Origin: Gemmataceae bacterium | GTDB taxonomy: Bacteria; Planctomycetota; Planctomycetia; Gemmatales; Gemmataceae | Length of the DNA stretch: 64,000 nt | Assembly: GCA_035653735.1 (NCBI GenBank) | Contig: DASRBG010000052.1 | Coordinates: 4,990-68,989, forward strand | Reading direction: 5' to 3' | Part shown: positions 1-10,184 of the stretch, piece after piece | How positions within the stretch are numbered: the first letter of the stretch is position 1 | Layout: each line of letters starts with the position of its first letter | Made by a program: the position numbers and the translations under genes | The notes under the pieces: model-generated | The model's database searches: none | Told to the model about the DNA's origin: nothing | The model's input: the letters and a program-made list of their open reading frames with translations, nothing else

Positions 1-100
1 GCTTCTGGCTCATTCGGGTTTTTCCGAGGCCCCTTGAATCACCTCATCTCCATCGTTATCGTGACCACATCTCGCTTCGTCTCCCTCCTGAGGTTCCGCC

Positions 101-2407
101 ATGATCGCACACCGTCTATTGATCGCTCTCGCTGTTTCCGCCTTCGCATCCTCCGCCTTCGCGGACGAACTGCCGAAAGTGAAGGTCGAGCGGCAGCCGC
201 TCGCATCCCAGGCACGGCGGGTGAGCGACGCGCTGGCGCTCCTCGGCGAACCGCTGGCAGATAATGAGCGGAAGGTCATCCTCGATGCTACCACGGCCGC
301 GGAGGAAGCCAAGGCAGTCGATACAATCCAGACCATCCTCGACAAACGCTGTCTGGCCGGCGTCCACATCACGAGCGACAAGAAGCTGGAGACGCAAGCG
401 GGGCCAGCTAGACTACAGCTCGCCGAACAGGGGTGGCGCATCTTTCTCGTCAAGGTCCACAACGAGCCTGCGCTGTCCAATATCGAACTGACCGCGAGCA
501 GTCCCAACGCACTGCCGCTGACCAAACGCTCTACGAGCAAACCCGATCCGCAAGTCGTCTCCGTCGGCGAGGTCGGCAAGCGTTTTCTCGATGTGATGAT
601 GTTCAATGGCCAACCGCTCGTCCGCGAGCTGTCCGGCCTGGAGCTGGAGTATCGCATCGTGCAGATTTACTGCCGCGATTCTGGCCGCAAGGAAGCGACG
701 CTGCAATTCAATCTCAGCGAGGGCAAAAGGATGATCGCATCCGGGCAGCCGCTGCGGATCGACTTCGAGTCTGCTCCGGCCGTGCTGGTGCGGCTGCGCG
801 TGATCGATGACGACGGCCAATCGAAGCGCGATGGCCGGCCGATCGTTGCGGCGTTCACCTTCCGCGATCATCTCGGCCGCGTTTATCCATCACCGAGCCG
901 CCGCCTTGCTCCCGACTTCAATTTCCATTTCCAGGTTTATCGCGCCGACGGAGAGACCATCGCCTTGCAGCCGGGTAAATACACGGTCAGCTACTTGCGA
1001 GGTCCGGAATACCGGACATTGGAAAAGAAAATCACGGTACCGCCCGGCGCCACACATACCGAGGAGTTCCGCCTCCAGCGCTGGATTCATCCCGCGGCAA
1101 AGGGTTGGTACTCCGGCGATCACCACATCCATGCGGCCGGCTGCTCGCATTACGAAAGTCCGACCGAGGGCGTCACACCGGAGGACATGATGCGCCACGT
1201 TCTCGGCGAGGACCTCAACGTCGGTTGCTGTCTCAGTTGGGGACCGTGCTGGTATCACCAGAAACGCTATTTCGAGGGCAAAGTCAATCCGCTGTCCACC
1301 TCCGCCCATCTTCTCCGCTATGATGTGGAGGTATCCGGCTTTCCGTCGAGCCACTGCGGACACATCTGTTTGCTGCGGTTGCACGAGCAGGATTATCCGG
1401 GGACGAAGCTCATCGGCGATTGGCCGAGCTGGGATCTGCCGATCTTCCAGTGGGCCAAATCGCAAGGCGCCGTCGTCGGTTTCGCGCATAGCGGCTGGGG
1501 GCTTCAGCCGTCAAAACCACGCGATCCGTCCGCGGAGAAACTCCCGAATTATGTTCTCCCTCTCATGGATGGCATTGGCGCCAATGAATACATTGTGGAT
1601 GTCACACATGATATGTGCGATTTCATCTCCACGGTGGACACGCCGTCCGTGTATGAGCTGAATATCTGGTATCACACGCTGAATTGCGGCTATCGCACGC
1701 GGATTAGCGGTGAGACGGACTTTCCGTGCATCTACGGCGAGCGCGTCGGCCTGGGCCGCAGTTATGTCCATCTCGACGGCAAACTCGATTTCGACGCCTG
1801 GACCGAGGGCATCAAGCGCGGCCGTTCTTACGTCAGCGACGGCAAAAGCCACCTGATGGACTTCACGGTCAATGGTCTGGGTGTCGGCGAGAAGAACAGC
1901 GAAATCAAGCTGACAGAGCCGAGTGAGGTCGAGATCAAGGCGAAGGTCGCCGCGCTTCTGGAACCAAAGCCGACTCCGGGTACTGAGAAGATCCGTAAGA
2001 CGCCGCTGAATCAGCAACCCTATTGGGACATCGAACGCGCCCGCATCGGCGATACGCGTACGGTGCCGGTCGAAGTCGTGGTCAACGGCCAATCGGTCGC
2101 GCGCAAGGAGATCGTCGCCGACGGCTCGGAACAGGAAGTGACGTTCCGCGTGCCGATCCAGGCGAGTAGTTGGGTTGCTCTGCGCATCTTTCCATCGAGT
2201 CATACCAATCCGGTGTTCGTGCTGGTTGGTGACAAGCCAATCCATGCGAGCAAACGTTCGGCGGAGTGGTGCTTGAAGGCGGTGGATCAGTGTTGGACGA
2301 AGAAGAAGCCGCAGATCCGCAAGGAAGAGCAAGCCGCGGCCGAGAAGGCATACGATCACGCACGGGATGCGTACAAGAAGATCTTGGCCGAAACCACGCA
2401 GGATTGA
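101..2407 (+). CDS. secreted metallohydrolase, PHP / CehA-McbA-like
   Basis: 768-aa ORF with a signal-peptide-like N-terminus (MIAHRLLIALAVSAFASSAFA). The GDHHIHAAGCSHYESPTEG segment resembles the His-cluster metal site of CehA/McbA (PHP-fold) hydrolases. Third codon positions are G/C-rich. Overlapping antisense ORFs (10..657, 413..871, 1511..2359) look like Arg/Ala-rich shadows. Confidence 0.8.
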   Translation: MIAHRLLIALAVSAFASSAFADELPKVKVERQPLASQARRVSDALALLGEPLADNERKVILDATTAAEEAKAVDTIQTILDKRCLAGVHITSDKKLETQAGPARLQLAEQGWRIFLVKVHNEPALSNIELTASSPNALPLTKRSTSKPDPQVVSVGEVGKRFLDVMMFNGQPLVRELSGLELEYRIVQIYCRDSGRKEATLQFNLSEGKRMIASGQPLRIDFESAPAVLVRLRVIDDDGQSKRDGRPIVAAFTFRDHLGRVYPSPSRRLAPDFNFHFQVYRADGETIALQPGKYTVSYLRGPEYRTLEKKITVPPGATHTEEFRLQRWIHPAAKGWYSGDHHIHAAGCSHYESPTEGVTPEDMMRHVLGEDLNVGCCLSWGPCWYHQKRYFEGKVNPLSTSAHLLRYDVEVSGFPSSHCGHICLLRLHEQDYPGTKLIGDWPSWDLPIFQWAKSQGAVVGFAHSGWGLQPSKPRDPSAEKLPNYVLPLMDGIGANEYIVDVTHDMCDFISTVDTPSVYELNIWYHTLNCGYRTRISGETDFPCIYGERVGLGRSYVHLDGKLDFDAWTEGIKRGRSYVSDGKSHLMDFTVNGLGVGEKNSEIKLTEPSEVEIKAKVAALLEPKPTPGTEKIRKTPLNQQPYWDIERARIGDTRTVPVEVVVNGQSVARKEIVADGSEQEVTFRVPIQASSWVALRIFPSSHTNPVFVLVGDKPIHASKRSAEWCLKAVDQCWTKKKPQIRKEEQAAAEKAYDHARDAYKKILAETTQD

Positions 2408-2411
2408 TCCC

Positions 2412-2487
2412 GGCGAGCGGGGTCGCGTTAGCGCCCCGAGTATGTCTCTCGGGACGCTAACGCGACCCCGCTCGCCTACCGCTTTTT
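2412..2487 (+). terminator. palindromic element family A, copy 1; probable intrinsic terminator
   Basis: Arms 2412..2440 and 2448..2476 pair over 29 bp with one mismatch (core GGCGAGCGGGGTCGCGTTAGCG) around a 7-nt loop. TTTTT follows at 2483..2487. The element starts 5 nt after the stop codon of 101..2407. Confidence 0.6.
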
Positions 2488-2502
2488 CGGGGGACGCCCG
2501 CC

Positions 2503-3411
2503 ATGTTGATTCTGCGCGGTCATCAGGGGCCGGTGCGGTGTCTGGCGTATTCCCCGGATGGTGGGATTCTTGCTTCTGGTAGCGATGACAAGACAGTCAA
2601 GCTCTGGCGCTTAGACAGTGGATGCGAATATCGCACGCTTACCGGACATGAGGATTGGGTGCGAGCAGTGGCCTTCTCCGCCGATGGCAGGACACTGGCC
2701 TCGGGGAGTTGGGATGACACGGTTCGACTATGGGGCTTACGTAGAGAAAGCCAGCTCCTGCGCGATGCACGGTGCAAACGCATTAAGCGTCCTCACCGCT
2801 TTCAGGATCACGGAGGAATATGGGCCCTGGCATTCTCTCCCGATAAAACTTCGCTCGCGGTAGGCCATACCGATGGCCGGGTGTCGCTATACTGGATACG
2901 GGATCTCGACAACCCTCGCGACCTGGAAATGGTACACACGGGGCCGGTCAATGCGGTGGCCTTTTCGCCGAACGGCATGTTTCTGGCGACCGGCAGTCAC
3001 GATCGAACCGTGCGGCTTTGGAGCGGCGACTGGGGCAAGGGGTTCGGAAGGCTCATCACGCATAAGGATTGGGTCCGCTGTCTGGCGTTTTCTCCCAACA
3101 ACGAGCTAGCGGCTTCGGCCGGCGATGACACGATTATCAGAATCAATGAAGTCGGTAGCCGCAAGGAACGGATTAGGTTGGAAGGCCATGCCGCTTCCGT
3201 GCGACAGCTTGTCTTTTCCTCGGATGGTCGCACGCTTTTCTCTGCCGGCTGGGACGAGACAGTGCGCGTTTGGGATGTGACAACGAGCTGTCAGCGAGTC
3301 GCATTCAACTGGCAGATCGGCCGCGTTCACTGCATGGCGCTGGCGCCCGACGGCATGACTGCCGCAGCCGGCGGACATGATGGGTCCATTGTTATCTGGG
3401 ACGTGGAATGA
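2503..3411 (+). CDS. WD40 repeat protein (single seven-bladed propeller)
   Basis: 302-aa ORF made almost entirely of seven WD40 units, e.g. GHQGPVRCLAYSPDGGILASGSDDKTVKLW and GHEDWVRAVAFSADGRTLASGSWDDTVRLW. Confidence 0.85.
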   Translation: MLILRGHQGPVRCLAYSPDGGILASGSDDKTVKLWRLDSGCEYRTLTGHEDWVRAVAFSADGRTLASGSWDDTVRLWGLRRESQLLRDARCKRIKRPHRFQDHGGIWALAFSPDKTSLAVGHTDGRVSLYWIRDLDNPRDLEMVHTGPVNAVAFSPNGMFLATGSHDRTVRLWSGDWGKGFGRLITHKDWVRCLAFSPNNELAASAGDDTIIRINEVGSRKERIRLEGHAASVRQLVFSSDGRTLFSAGWDETVRVWDVTTSCQRVAFNWQIGRVHCMALAPDGMTAAAGGHDGSIVIWDVE

Positions 3412-3429
3412 CACCGCTCGCCTGCGTTC

Positions 3430-5010
3430 TCATTCCTGGAGTTCCAGGTTCCGCAGAATTTCAAGCGCGCGGGAAAGACTTTCCTGCGGACTTCCCTCCG
3501 TGGAGATGGTGTGACAAAATCGTTGGATGAGCTCGCCCGGTTCCTCCCAACTCGCGGCAAGATGCAAATAGATGGACCAGTCGGCATCGGAGGCGTCGCC
3601 CTTCCGCTGCTCCAATCGCCGGCGCACCGTGTCCGGCTCAGCATGGCACAGCAGGATGGCTCCCTGAACGCCGCGGCGGACGGCCGCATCCAAGAAAGTC
3701 CGGCGCTGCTCGTCCTCGCGGAATGTAGCATCCACGATGACCCGCTTTCCCTCAAATAGGAGCTGCTCGGCCCTATGGAGGCACTCGGCATAGGTGCGTG
3801 CGGTCCACTCCGAAGTATAGATCACTTGCTGACGCTGCGGGCTGGCCGAGTCTTGTGCGGCTAATTCCTTGCGAACAACATCGGAGCGAATCAGGTCAAA
3901 ACCGGCTTTTTCTGCCAACGCCTGGGCCAGCATCGACTTCCCCGTGCCGGGAAGGCCCGCCATCAACAACAGACACGGCTTCTTCCTCGGTTCCTCCAGT
4001 TCGCTCAGGGCCAGAAGCCAATGGGCTTGCGCTCGCTGTCCGGCGGCGGCGCGTTCGGCCTCGGGCACTTCCTTCTCCGCTGTCAACATTCCCTCTACTT
4101 CGCCGCGCACCGTCGCCCGGTATGCCGTGTACAACGGTAGAAGCTCCCACCCTTCCGCATCGCCGGCTGAATGGAAGTAGGCATCGGCGAAGGCGTGGGC
4201 CAAATCCCGCCGGCCGTAAAAACTCAGATCCATGACGGTAAATGCCATGTCGGCCACTGGGTCGATGAAGCGAAAGCGCTCGTTGAACTCGATGCAATCG
4301 ATGATGACGAGGTCGCCGGGCGGCCTTTCGTCGGGAAAGTAATAGATGTGGTCCAGGTGCAAATCGCCATGCGTGTCGCGCGGCACGCCTCGGCCGGCAC
4401 GCGCTTCGATCAAAGGGCGGAGCCGCGACAGGGTTTCTTCCGTCCGTTCTCGTATCCGCTCGAAGACGATCCGGCTGACCGTGTTCCCCACTTGAGGCGC
4501 CGAATGGGCCAGAACGTCTCGGATGATGCGAGCCACTCCATCAAATCGGCCAAAGGCGGCGATCCGTTCGTTCGTATCGGCCGTGCGGTGAAAGGACGCG
4601 ATCTCGCGCGCCAGCGATTCGATCAACTCGACGCCGACCTCGCCGCGGCGCAGACGCTCTTGGAGAGTGGCCTCTGCCGGAAGGCGCTGCATCTTTACCG
4701 CCCATTCGACGACCTCGCCCTCGCCTTCCCATCTCACGCCGATCTTCGTGCGGACGACCGGCACCACGCCCAAATACACATCCGGAGCCAGCCGGCGGTT
4801 CAGGCGCACCTCCTCCTGGCAAAAGTGGAGCCGCTTCTCCAAGGTGCTGAAATCGAGAAAGTCGGGTTTGACCGGCTTCTTGATCTTGTAAACATATGTT
4901 CCCGTCAGAAAAACCACCGAGATGTGGGTTTGACGGATTTCTACAGCCTCTACAGGCTCAGGATAAGCGGTGGGAGCGGAAAGCGCCTCGATGAGTTCAG
5001 CGAGATTCAT
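3430..5010 (-). CDS. bifunctional phosphotransferase-like / P-loop ATPase protein
   Basis: 526-aa ORF. The N-terminal part carries aminoglycoside/choline-kinase-type catalytic segments (HGDLHLDHIYY ... VIIDCIEF). The C-terminal part has a Walker A loop (GLPGTGKS). Confidence 0.8.
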   Translation of the reverse strand: MNLAELIEALSAPTAYPEPVEAVEIRQTHISVVFLTGTYVYKIKKPVKPDFLDFSTLEKRLHFCQEEVRLNRRLAPDVYLGVVPVVRTKIGVRWEGEGEVVEWAVKMQRLPAEATLQERLRRGEVGVELIESLAREIASFHRTADTNERIAAFGRFDGVARIIRDVLAHSAPQVGNTVSRIVFERIRERTEETLSRLRPLIEARAGRGVPRDTHGDLHLDHIYYFPDERPPGDLVIIDCIEFNERFRFIDPVADMAFTVMDLSFYGRRDLAHAFADAYFHSAGDAEGWELLPLYTAYRATVRGEVEGMLTAEKEVPEAERAAAGQRAQAHWLLALSELEEPRKKPCLLLMAGLPGTGKSMLAQALAEKAGFDLIRSDVVRKELAAQDSASPQRQQVIYTSEWTARTYAECLHRAEQLLFEGKRVIVDATFREDEQRRTFLDAAVRRGVQGAILLCHAEPDTVRRRLEQRKGDASDADWSIYLHLAASWEEPGELIQRFCHTISTEGSPQESLSRALEILRNLELQE

Positions 5011-5039
5011 GGCAGCTCCCTTCCGGACAGAAGAAGACC

Positions 5040-5170
5040 AACCACAGAGTCACAGAGAACGCAGAGAAAGACACAGAAATCGAACAAAAACAAGGCTCTC
5101 AGATTCTGACTAATTCCATTTTGATTTTCCTCTGTGTTTTTTCTCTGTGTTCTCTGTGACCCTGTGGTTA
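5040..5170. repeat. palindromic element family B, copy 1 (MITE-like, long A/T-rich loop)
   Basis: Left arm is AACCACAGAGTCACAGAGAACGCAGAGAAAGACACAGAAA (5040..5079). A near-complementary right arm ends in CTCTGTGACCCTGTGGTTA (to 5170). The loop is about 48 nt and A/T-rich. The terminal TTA of the right arm is the stop codon (reverse strand) of 5168..6787. Confidence 0.85.
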
Positions 5171-6787
5171 GTGCTTTTTATCCTCCAGTGGTGCGTATCT
5201 GGCGATGATGGCCTTTGCCGACCGTAGGCCATCGACGGCGGCACTGACAATGCCGCCCGCGTAGCCGGCGCCTTCGCCAACCGGATACAGTCCTTCCAAT
5301 CCCGGCGTCTCGCGCGTGATCTCATCGCGGAGGATGCGCACCGGGGCGCTACCGCGTGCCTCCGGGCCAACCAGCGTCGAGTCCGGGACGAACCGGCCAC
5401 GCCACTGATGGTCCATGATCGGCAGGCCGTGCCGCAGCGCCTCGACGATCAACGGCGGCACCAGTTCGGCGATGCGTCCCGGTACGGCGCCGCGCGGATA
5501 GCTATTGTCCGGAACATCGCTTGCATCGCGGCTATCCAGAAAATCGCGGACGCGCTGGATCGGGCAGAGATAATCGCGCCGGCCCATCTCGAAAGCGCGT
5601 TGTTCATAAATCTGTTGCAAACGCATGCCGGCGAGGACATCCGTGCCGCCGAAATGCTCGGGCGGCACCGTCACCACCAGGCCGCTGTTCGCAAACGGCG
5701 AATCGTGTTTCGACAGACTCATGCCGTTGGTGCAGAAGGAGCCCGGCTCTGACACACTCGGCATAATGTAACCGCCGGCGCACATGCAGAACGTGAAGAG
5801 ATCGTGCGGGCCGTTGGCGATCAACGTATAGTTTGCCGCCCCCAAGCGCTGCTCCAGCGGTGAGGGGCCATATTGGACGCGATTGACGATCTCTTGCGGA
5901 TGCTCGATCCGCACGCCCATCTGAAACGGCTTCTGCACCATCGGCACGCCGCGCTCCAGCAACATGCGATACGTATCGCGAGCGCTGTGGCCAATGGCCA
6001 GAACGGCCACCGTCGCTGGAATGTAACCCGACGAGGTAGCTAATCCGCGCAATTGGCCGCCGGAGAGATCGAGATCCTCAACGCGGCAGGAGAAGCGCAC
6101 TTCGCCGCCGAGACTTTCGATGCGACGGCGAAGTGCCTTGACGACGGCCGGCAAGCGATTGCTGCCCAGGTGCGGCCGGGCGTCGTAGAGGATCGAAGGT
6201 TTGCCCTTGCACTCGGCGAACAGTTGCAGCACCCGGCGAACGTCGGGGCCGGAATTGCGATAGGTCAATTTGCCGTCGCTGAACGTGCCGGCCCCGCCCT
6301 CGCCGAACAGGTAATTGCTTTCCGGATCGAGCGGGCCGCCGGCATCGAAAGTGCGAACATCGTGGATGCGCTGGCGCACGGGCCGGCCGCGCTCCAACAT
6401 GAGCGGGCGATAGCCCTGTTCGGCGAGAAAGTAAGCCGCCGCCAATCCGCCCGGACCCGAACCGACCACAACGGGCCGATTCGTCAACGGATACGTGCCG
6501 GGTTTGGGCGGGACGAACGGCTCCTCCGTATAGAGATCGATCCTTACCGGCGGGCGCACAGCCCTCCGGGCGTGGGCGATGATCCGTTGCTCATCACCGG
6601 GAAGGGTGACCTCGGCATTGTAGACGAAGCGAAGCGCGTCTTTGCTGCGTGCGTCGAGCGACTTGCGAAGAATGCGCCAATTCAAGGGCGCGGTCGGGCT
6701 TAGGCCAAGAATGCGGGCCAGATGCTCTGGCAGCATCGCTTCCGGCTCGTCGATGCCGAGACGCAGGTTGGCGATGCGGATGGACAT
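5168..6787 (-). CDS. FAD/NAD(P)-binding oxidoreductase (COG2509-like)
   Basis: 539-aa ORF with the Rossmann dinucleotide motif VVVGSGPGGLAAAYFLAEQG. The N-terminus MSIRIANLRLGIDEPE is typical of this uncharacterised FAD-dependent dehydrogenase family (recognised from memory). Confidence 0.85.
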   Translation of the reverse strand: MSIRIANLRLGIDEPEAMLPEHLARILGLSPTAPLNWRILRKSLDARSKDALRFVYNAEVTLPGDEQRIIAHARRAVRPPVRIDLYTEEPFVPPKPGTYPLTNRPVVVGSGPGGLAAAYFLAEQGYRPLMLERGRPVRQRIHDVRTFDAGGPLDPESNYLFGEGGAGTFSDGKLTYRNSGPDVRRVLQLFAECKGKPSILYDARPHLGSNRLPAVVKALRRRIESLGGEVRFSCRVEDLDLSGGQLRGLATSSGYIPATVAVLAIGHSARDTYRMLLERGVPMVQKPFQMGVRIEHPQEIVNRVQYGPSPLEQRLGAANYTLIANGPHDLFTFCMCAGGYIMPSVSEPGSFCTNGMSLSKHDSPFANSGLVVTVPPEHFGGTDVLAGMRLQQIYEQRAFEMGRRDYLCPIQRVRDFLDSRDASDVPDNSYPRGAVPGRIAELVPPLIVEALRHGLPIMDHQWRGRFVPDSTLVGPEARGSAPVRILRDEITRETPGLEGLYPVGEGAGYAGGIVSAAVDGLRSAKAIIARYAPLEDKKH

Positions 6788-6791
6788 GCAC

Positions 6792-6869
<78 letters not shown>

Positions 6870-7322
6870 TTACTTGCTGCGGTTGACTAAATCGGAAATC
6901 CTCACCTTTTCCAGAGCTTTGCGCATCTGCTCGGCGGTTTGGCCGCAGACTTGCTCCAGCTTGGGATGAAGGCTGTTCCAGGTCTGGTTGAATTTCTTGA
7001 TCTGCGAGGGCGAGAATTCATCATCCTTATCGGTCGGGCGATCCGGCGCATAACCACGGAGAGTGCCATCCACTGCTTCGATGATGTCGAGCATGGTGAT
7101 GTCCGACGGGGTACGAGCCAACCGGTAGCCGCCGTGAGGCCCCTTGACCGAAAGCAAAATGCGGTGGGTGACGAGCGGCTTGAGTACCTTGAGCAAGAAA
7201 CGCATGGGGATACCGCGTTCATTGGCGATGTCGTGCGACGCCACCGGAACGTTTGTCGCTTTCTGTTGGGCCATGTGGACGACAGCATGCAAGGCGTAAC
7301 TGGATGCGCGTGTCAGTTTCAT
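6870..7322 (-). CDS. Rrf2 family transcriptional regulator
   Basis: MKLTRASSYALHAVVHMAQQ... is the canonical Rrf2 winged-helix N-terminus. The ORF extends upstream to 7406, but the family-typical start is the ATG at 7322. There is only one Cys, so it is probably not an Fe-S cluster type. Confidence 0.8.
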   Translation of the reverse strand: MKLTRASSYALHAVVHMAQQKATNVPVASHDIANERGIPMRFLLKVLKPLVTHRILLSVKGPHGGYRLARTPSDITMLDIIEAVDGTLRGYAPDRPTDKDDEFSPSQIKKFNQTWNSLHPKLEQVCGQTAEQMRKALEKVRISDLVNRSK

Positions 7323-7693
7323 GGAATCATCACGGCCGTCCGTTTCCGGACAGCTCTCGCTCCTGTACGTGAATGGGACGAACGGGGAACGCGGATCGAT
7401 GTTCAATGCCTCTCGGCATTAAGGTATGGCTGCATGATGCCGCTCCCTCGGCGTTGAGAGGCGGGGTAGGCGAAGAAAACGCTCAGCAGGAAGAGGCCGA
7501 GTAATCATTGCTTAACATCGATCCGTAAAGTTTGAATATAGTCTTGGTCGAACGGCTTGGCAATCCCTCTTTCTACCCCTAATATCAGCCATCCTCTGCC
7601 AAGATAGGAGGCTTCTCCCTCCAAGGCCAGATCTACGAACGTATTTTCTATATTGGATACGAAAATGCAAGCGGACCGGAAGAAAAGGCGGAC

Positions 7694-9127
7694 TTATTGA
7701 GCTTGGGGAGCGGCTTGGAGAATGTCCTCGTCGGTGAAGCGGACGCCGATGACAGCCGTCGCGGGGTAATTTTTGTCCTGGAAGGACACCAGTCCGCGGC
7801 GAACGCGAACCCGCCAGAGAAGCCAGCCATGATACTCTTCGCCCGGCTTTGAACCGAACAAGAGGGAGGCGGCCTTGGCATCATCGCCATCGGTGCAGAC
7901 GAACGACTCCTTCTCCTCTCCCGGTTGGAGCAAATCGGCCTGATCGTGCCGTCCCTCGATCCACTGGCGCGAACTGTTGGAGCGGTCGCCGCGCGGAGAC
8001 CAATGGGCCGGCCCACCGTAGCAGCGATATCTGTCGCCGATTTCCAGCTGCGTCAGCGGCGGGACCATGTCCACGCCGGGACGCCAGTAGCGGTCGAAGT
8101 AATTATCCAGCGGAGCAAAGGCATACTCAGCGGAGAGGTTTTTCAATTCCATGTACAGCACAAGCGAATCGTTTGAGCAAGATTCGGGCCGCGATGTTCT
8201 TCCATTCGAGGTTCCTACGAGCACCGCGACGCGCTTGCGCTCAACGCGGTTGGGAGTGATTTGCAGGTCGCCGACGCGGATAGGATTGCCCAGTGTGGTA
8301 CAGAGGTGCTCCGGCAATGGCCAGGTGGCCAGCTCCGGTTTGTATCGGTCCGTCAGACTTACCTTCTTGACCTTATGCACTCCCGGATCATCGCCCACAT
8401 CCGGCATGGACTCGAAGGGATTGCGGCGCTGCTCTTGAAGAAGTTGATAATCCCGATAGAGAAAGAAGGCAAATATGCTGATGACGATGGCGTAGAGCAG
8501 CAGCGGGCAAAACACCAGAAGCAGAAACCAAGGCGCTTTCTGTTCCGTTCGCTTCCCCGTTCGCGTTCCGGCGAAATGCGGCTCGCTGTCCAGATCGTGT
8601 GCCGGTTCGCTAGGAAACGGCAATTCGCTAGGGGGCGGCGCCAGTGTCTCGGTAATGGGATCCGATGGCCAGGGCGGTGCGCCATCCGGAGGTGGTGCGG
8701 CCGTACTTTCGCTTGGCGCGAATGGGCCAACGGAGGTGGGCAGTGCCCCGGCGGATTCCGGAGGCGATGTCGAGAACGCAGCCGCCGGCATCTCCGGCGG
8801 AGAAATGACATCGCTGATGGGCATTATGGGGACGAGCGATTCGCCCGCTAACTCGACGCGCGGTGCTTCACCGCGGTCGAACAGATCATCCGTCGCGTCG
8901 GCCGGTGAGAAAATATCCTCGACATCCCCAACGGGCGCGCGGAATATCGTCCCGACCAAGGTCGATGGCGGCCCCTCCGCCGCGCCGGACGCTGGTGTAG
9001 CCGCGGCAGGGGGAGGAGCGATCACAACGTGCTGGCAATGCGGACAACGTACCTGTTGACCGAGATGCTCGCGGCTAACTCCCATGAGTTTGCCGCAATT
9101 CCCACACTGAAATTGAACTGGCTCCAT
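7694..9127 (-). CDS. zinc-ribbon / Pro-rich single-pass membrane protein, unknown function
   Basis: 477-aa ORF. The N-terminal CGNCG...CPHCQ zinc-ribbon pattern is followed by a long Pro/Ala/Ser-rich linker and a hydrophobic helix (WFLLLVFCPLLLYAIVISIFAFFLY). A roughly 230-aa C-terminal domain has no motif I recognise. Confidence 0.7.
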   Translation of the reverse strand: MEPVQFQCGNCGKLMGVSREHLGQQVRCPHCQHVVIAPPPAAATPASGAAEGPPSTLVGTIFRAPVGDVEDIFSPADATDDLFDRGEAPRVELAGESLVPIMPISDVISPPEMPAAAFSTSPPESAGALPTSVGPFAPSESTAAPPPDGAPPWPSDPITETLAPPPSELPFPSEPAHDLDSEPHFAGTRTGKRTEQKAPWFLLLVFCPLLLYAIVISIFAFFLYRDYQLLQEQRRNPFESMPDVGDDPGVHKVKKVSLTDRYKPELATWPLPEHLCTTLGNPIRVGDLQITPNRVERKRVAVLVGTSNGRTSRPESCSNDSLVLYMELKNLSAEYAFAPLDNYFDRYWRPGVDMVPPLTQLEIGDRYRCYGGPAHWSPRGDRSNSSRQWIEGRHDQADLLQPGEEKESFVCTDGDDAKAASLLFGSKPGEEYHGWLLWRVRVRRGLVSFQDKNYPATAVIGVRFTDEDILQAAPQAQ

Positions 9128-9405
9128 AAGGGTTCCCCGCGCGGCCGGGCGGCTAGTGGTCTCCGCCTCCTCTTTGATGTTAGTATATCATCCGCGATGC
9201 CCCGACCGTTGCAATGCCGCTTTGGTTTCTTGCGTCTGTCATTTCGATTTTTGACACTTATTGCCTCCGTAATATGGTTTTTCGAGAAAAGATTACGAAA
9301 AAGTAACCAAGCAGCGGCTTAACATGAGCGTCTCGATTTGATATTCTCATGTGAAGCGTTATTCCTACCTTCTTCTCACATCGAGTCCTCATCGGAGGCG
9401 GCCCA

Positions 9406-10008
9406 GTGAGCGCATGGAGTGAAGACGCTTCTCGAGATGCGGGCAATCAAGCGAGGATTGATCAACGAATAGCCGAGTTTGTTGCATTCTATCAGAATGC
9501 GGCCAAGGAGATCGTCGGCTACGCTCTGCGGATGGGATTGCGGCCAGGGCAGGCGGAGGAGGTCGCGCAGACCGTCTGGATGAAATTCTTCGAGATTGGG
9601 CCGGATCTTGCGGAAAAAACGGCGGCGCAGTGCCATGCCTGGCTGTTCCAGGTTGCGCGGAACGAGATGATGAACCTTTTCCGCGAATTACGCCGCCGGC
9701 CCAAACAATGGCCGGACTATCCAGATAGGGAGCCTCTCCCATACCGCCAAGCCGATCCCGCAAGTCGCGAACTCCTATTCCAGTGGAGCGAACTGTTCCG
9801 TCGCTGGCTGGAGGAGCTGCGCCACCGGCATCCGCTCCGCTACGAACTCGTCTTCGCCCGCCACATCGAGGGCGAGCGTCCAGCAGACTTGGCCAAGAAG
9901 CATGGGAAATCAACACATTGGATTTCCGTGCAAATCAACCGCGCCCTCACCGATTTCCGCGCCTGGTTGGCTAAACATCGCGTCGGAGACGAGGAAGATC
10001 ACGATTGA
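9406..10008 (+). CDS. ECF-type sigma-70 family RNA polymerase sigma factor
   Basis: 200-aa ORF with a GTG start 7 nt after GGAGG. Region 2-like segment: AEEVAQTVWMKFFE ... WLFQVARNEMMNLFRE. Region 4-like HTH: ADLAKKHGKSTHWISVQINRALTDFRAWL. Confidence 0.85.
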   Translation: MSAWSEDASRDAGNQARIDQRIAEFVAFYQNAAKEIVGYALRMGLRPGQAEEVAQTVWMKFFEIGPDLAEKTAAQCHAWLFQVARNEMMNLFRELRRRPKQWPDYPDREPLPYRQADPASRELLFQWSELFRRWLEELRHRHPLRYELVFARHIEGERPADLAKKHGKSTHWISVQINRALTDFRAWLAKHRVGDEEDHD

Positions 10009-10184
10009 TCCGCGTAGAGATCTCATTCTCATTTTTTGAGATTTTTTCACGCGATTTCGTTTATTCTAATAGAGGGCAAGGGCAATGTGAAAGAGAAACG
10101 CCCTTGTGCTCCAGGCTTCGTCCGCCCAGCGCAGCGGCGCTTGTGCGGACCTCTTTGGGGAAGAGGAGGAGGAGGCCATGAGCG

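Noticed and set aside
9304-9334. GTAACC ... CGTCTC upstream of the first ECF sigma gene as a possible autoregulated ECF promoter.
   Set aside because: The spacing between the two motifs is about 20 nt rather than the 16-17 nt typical of ECF promoters, and the -35 is only a partial match.
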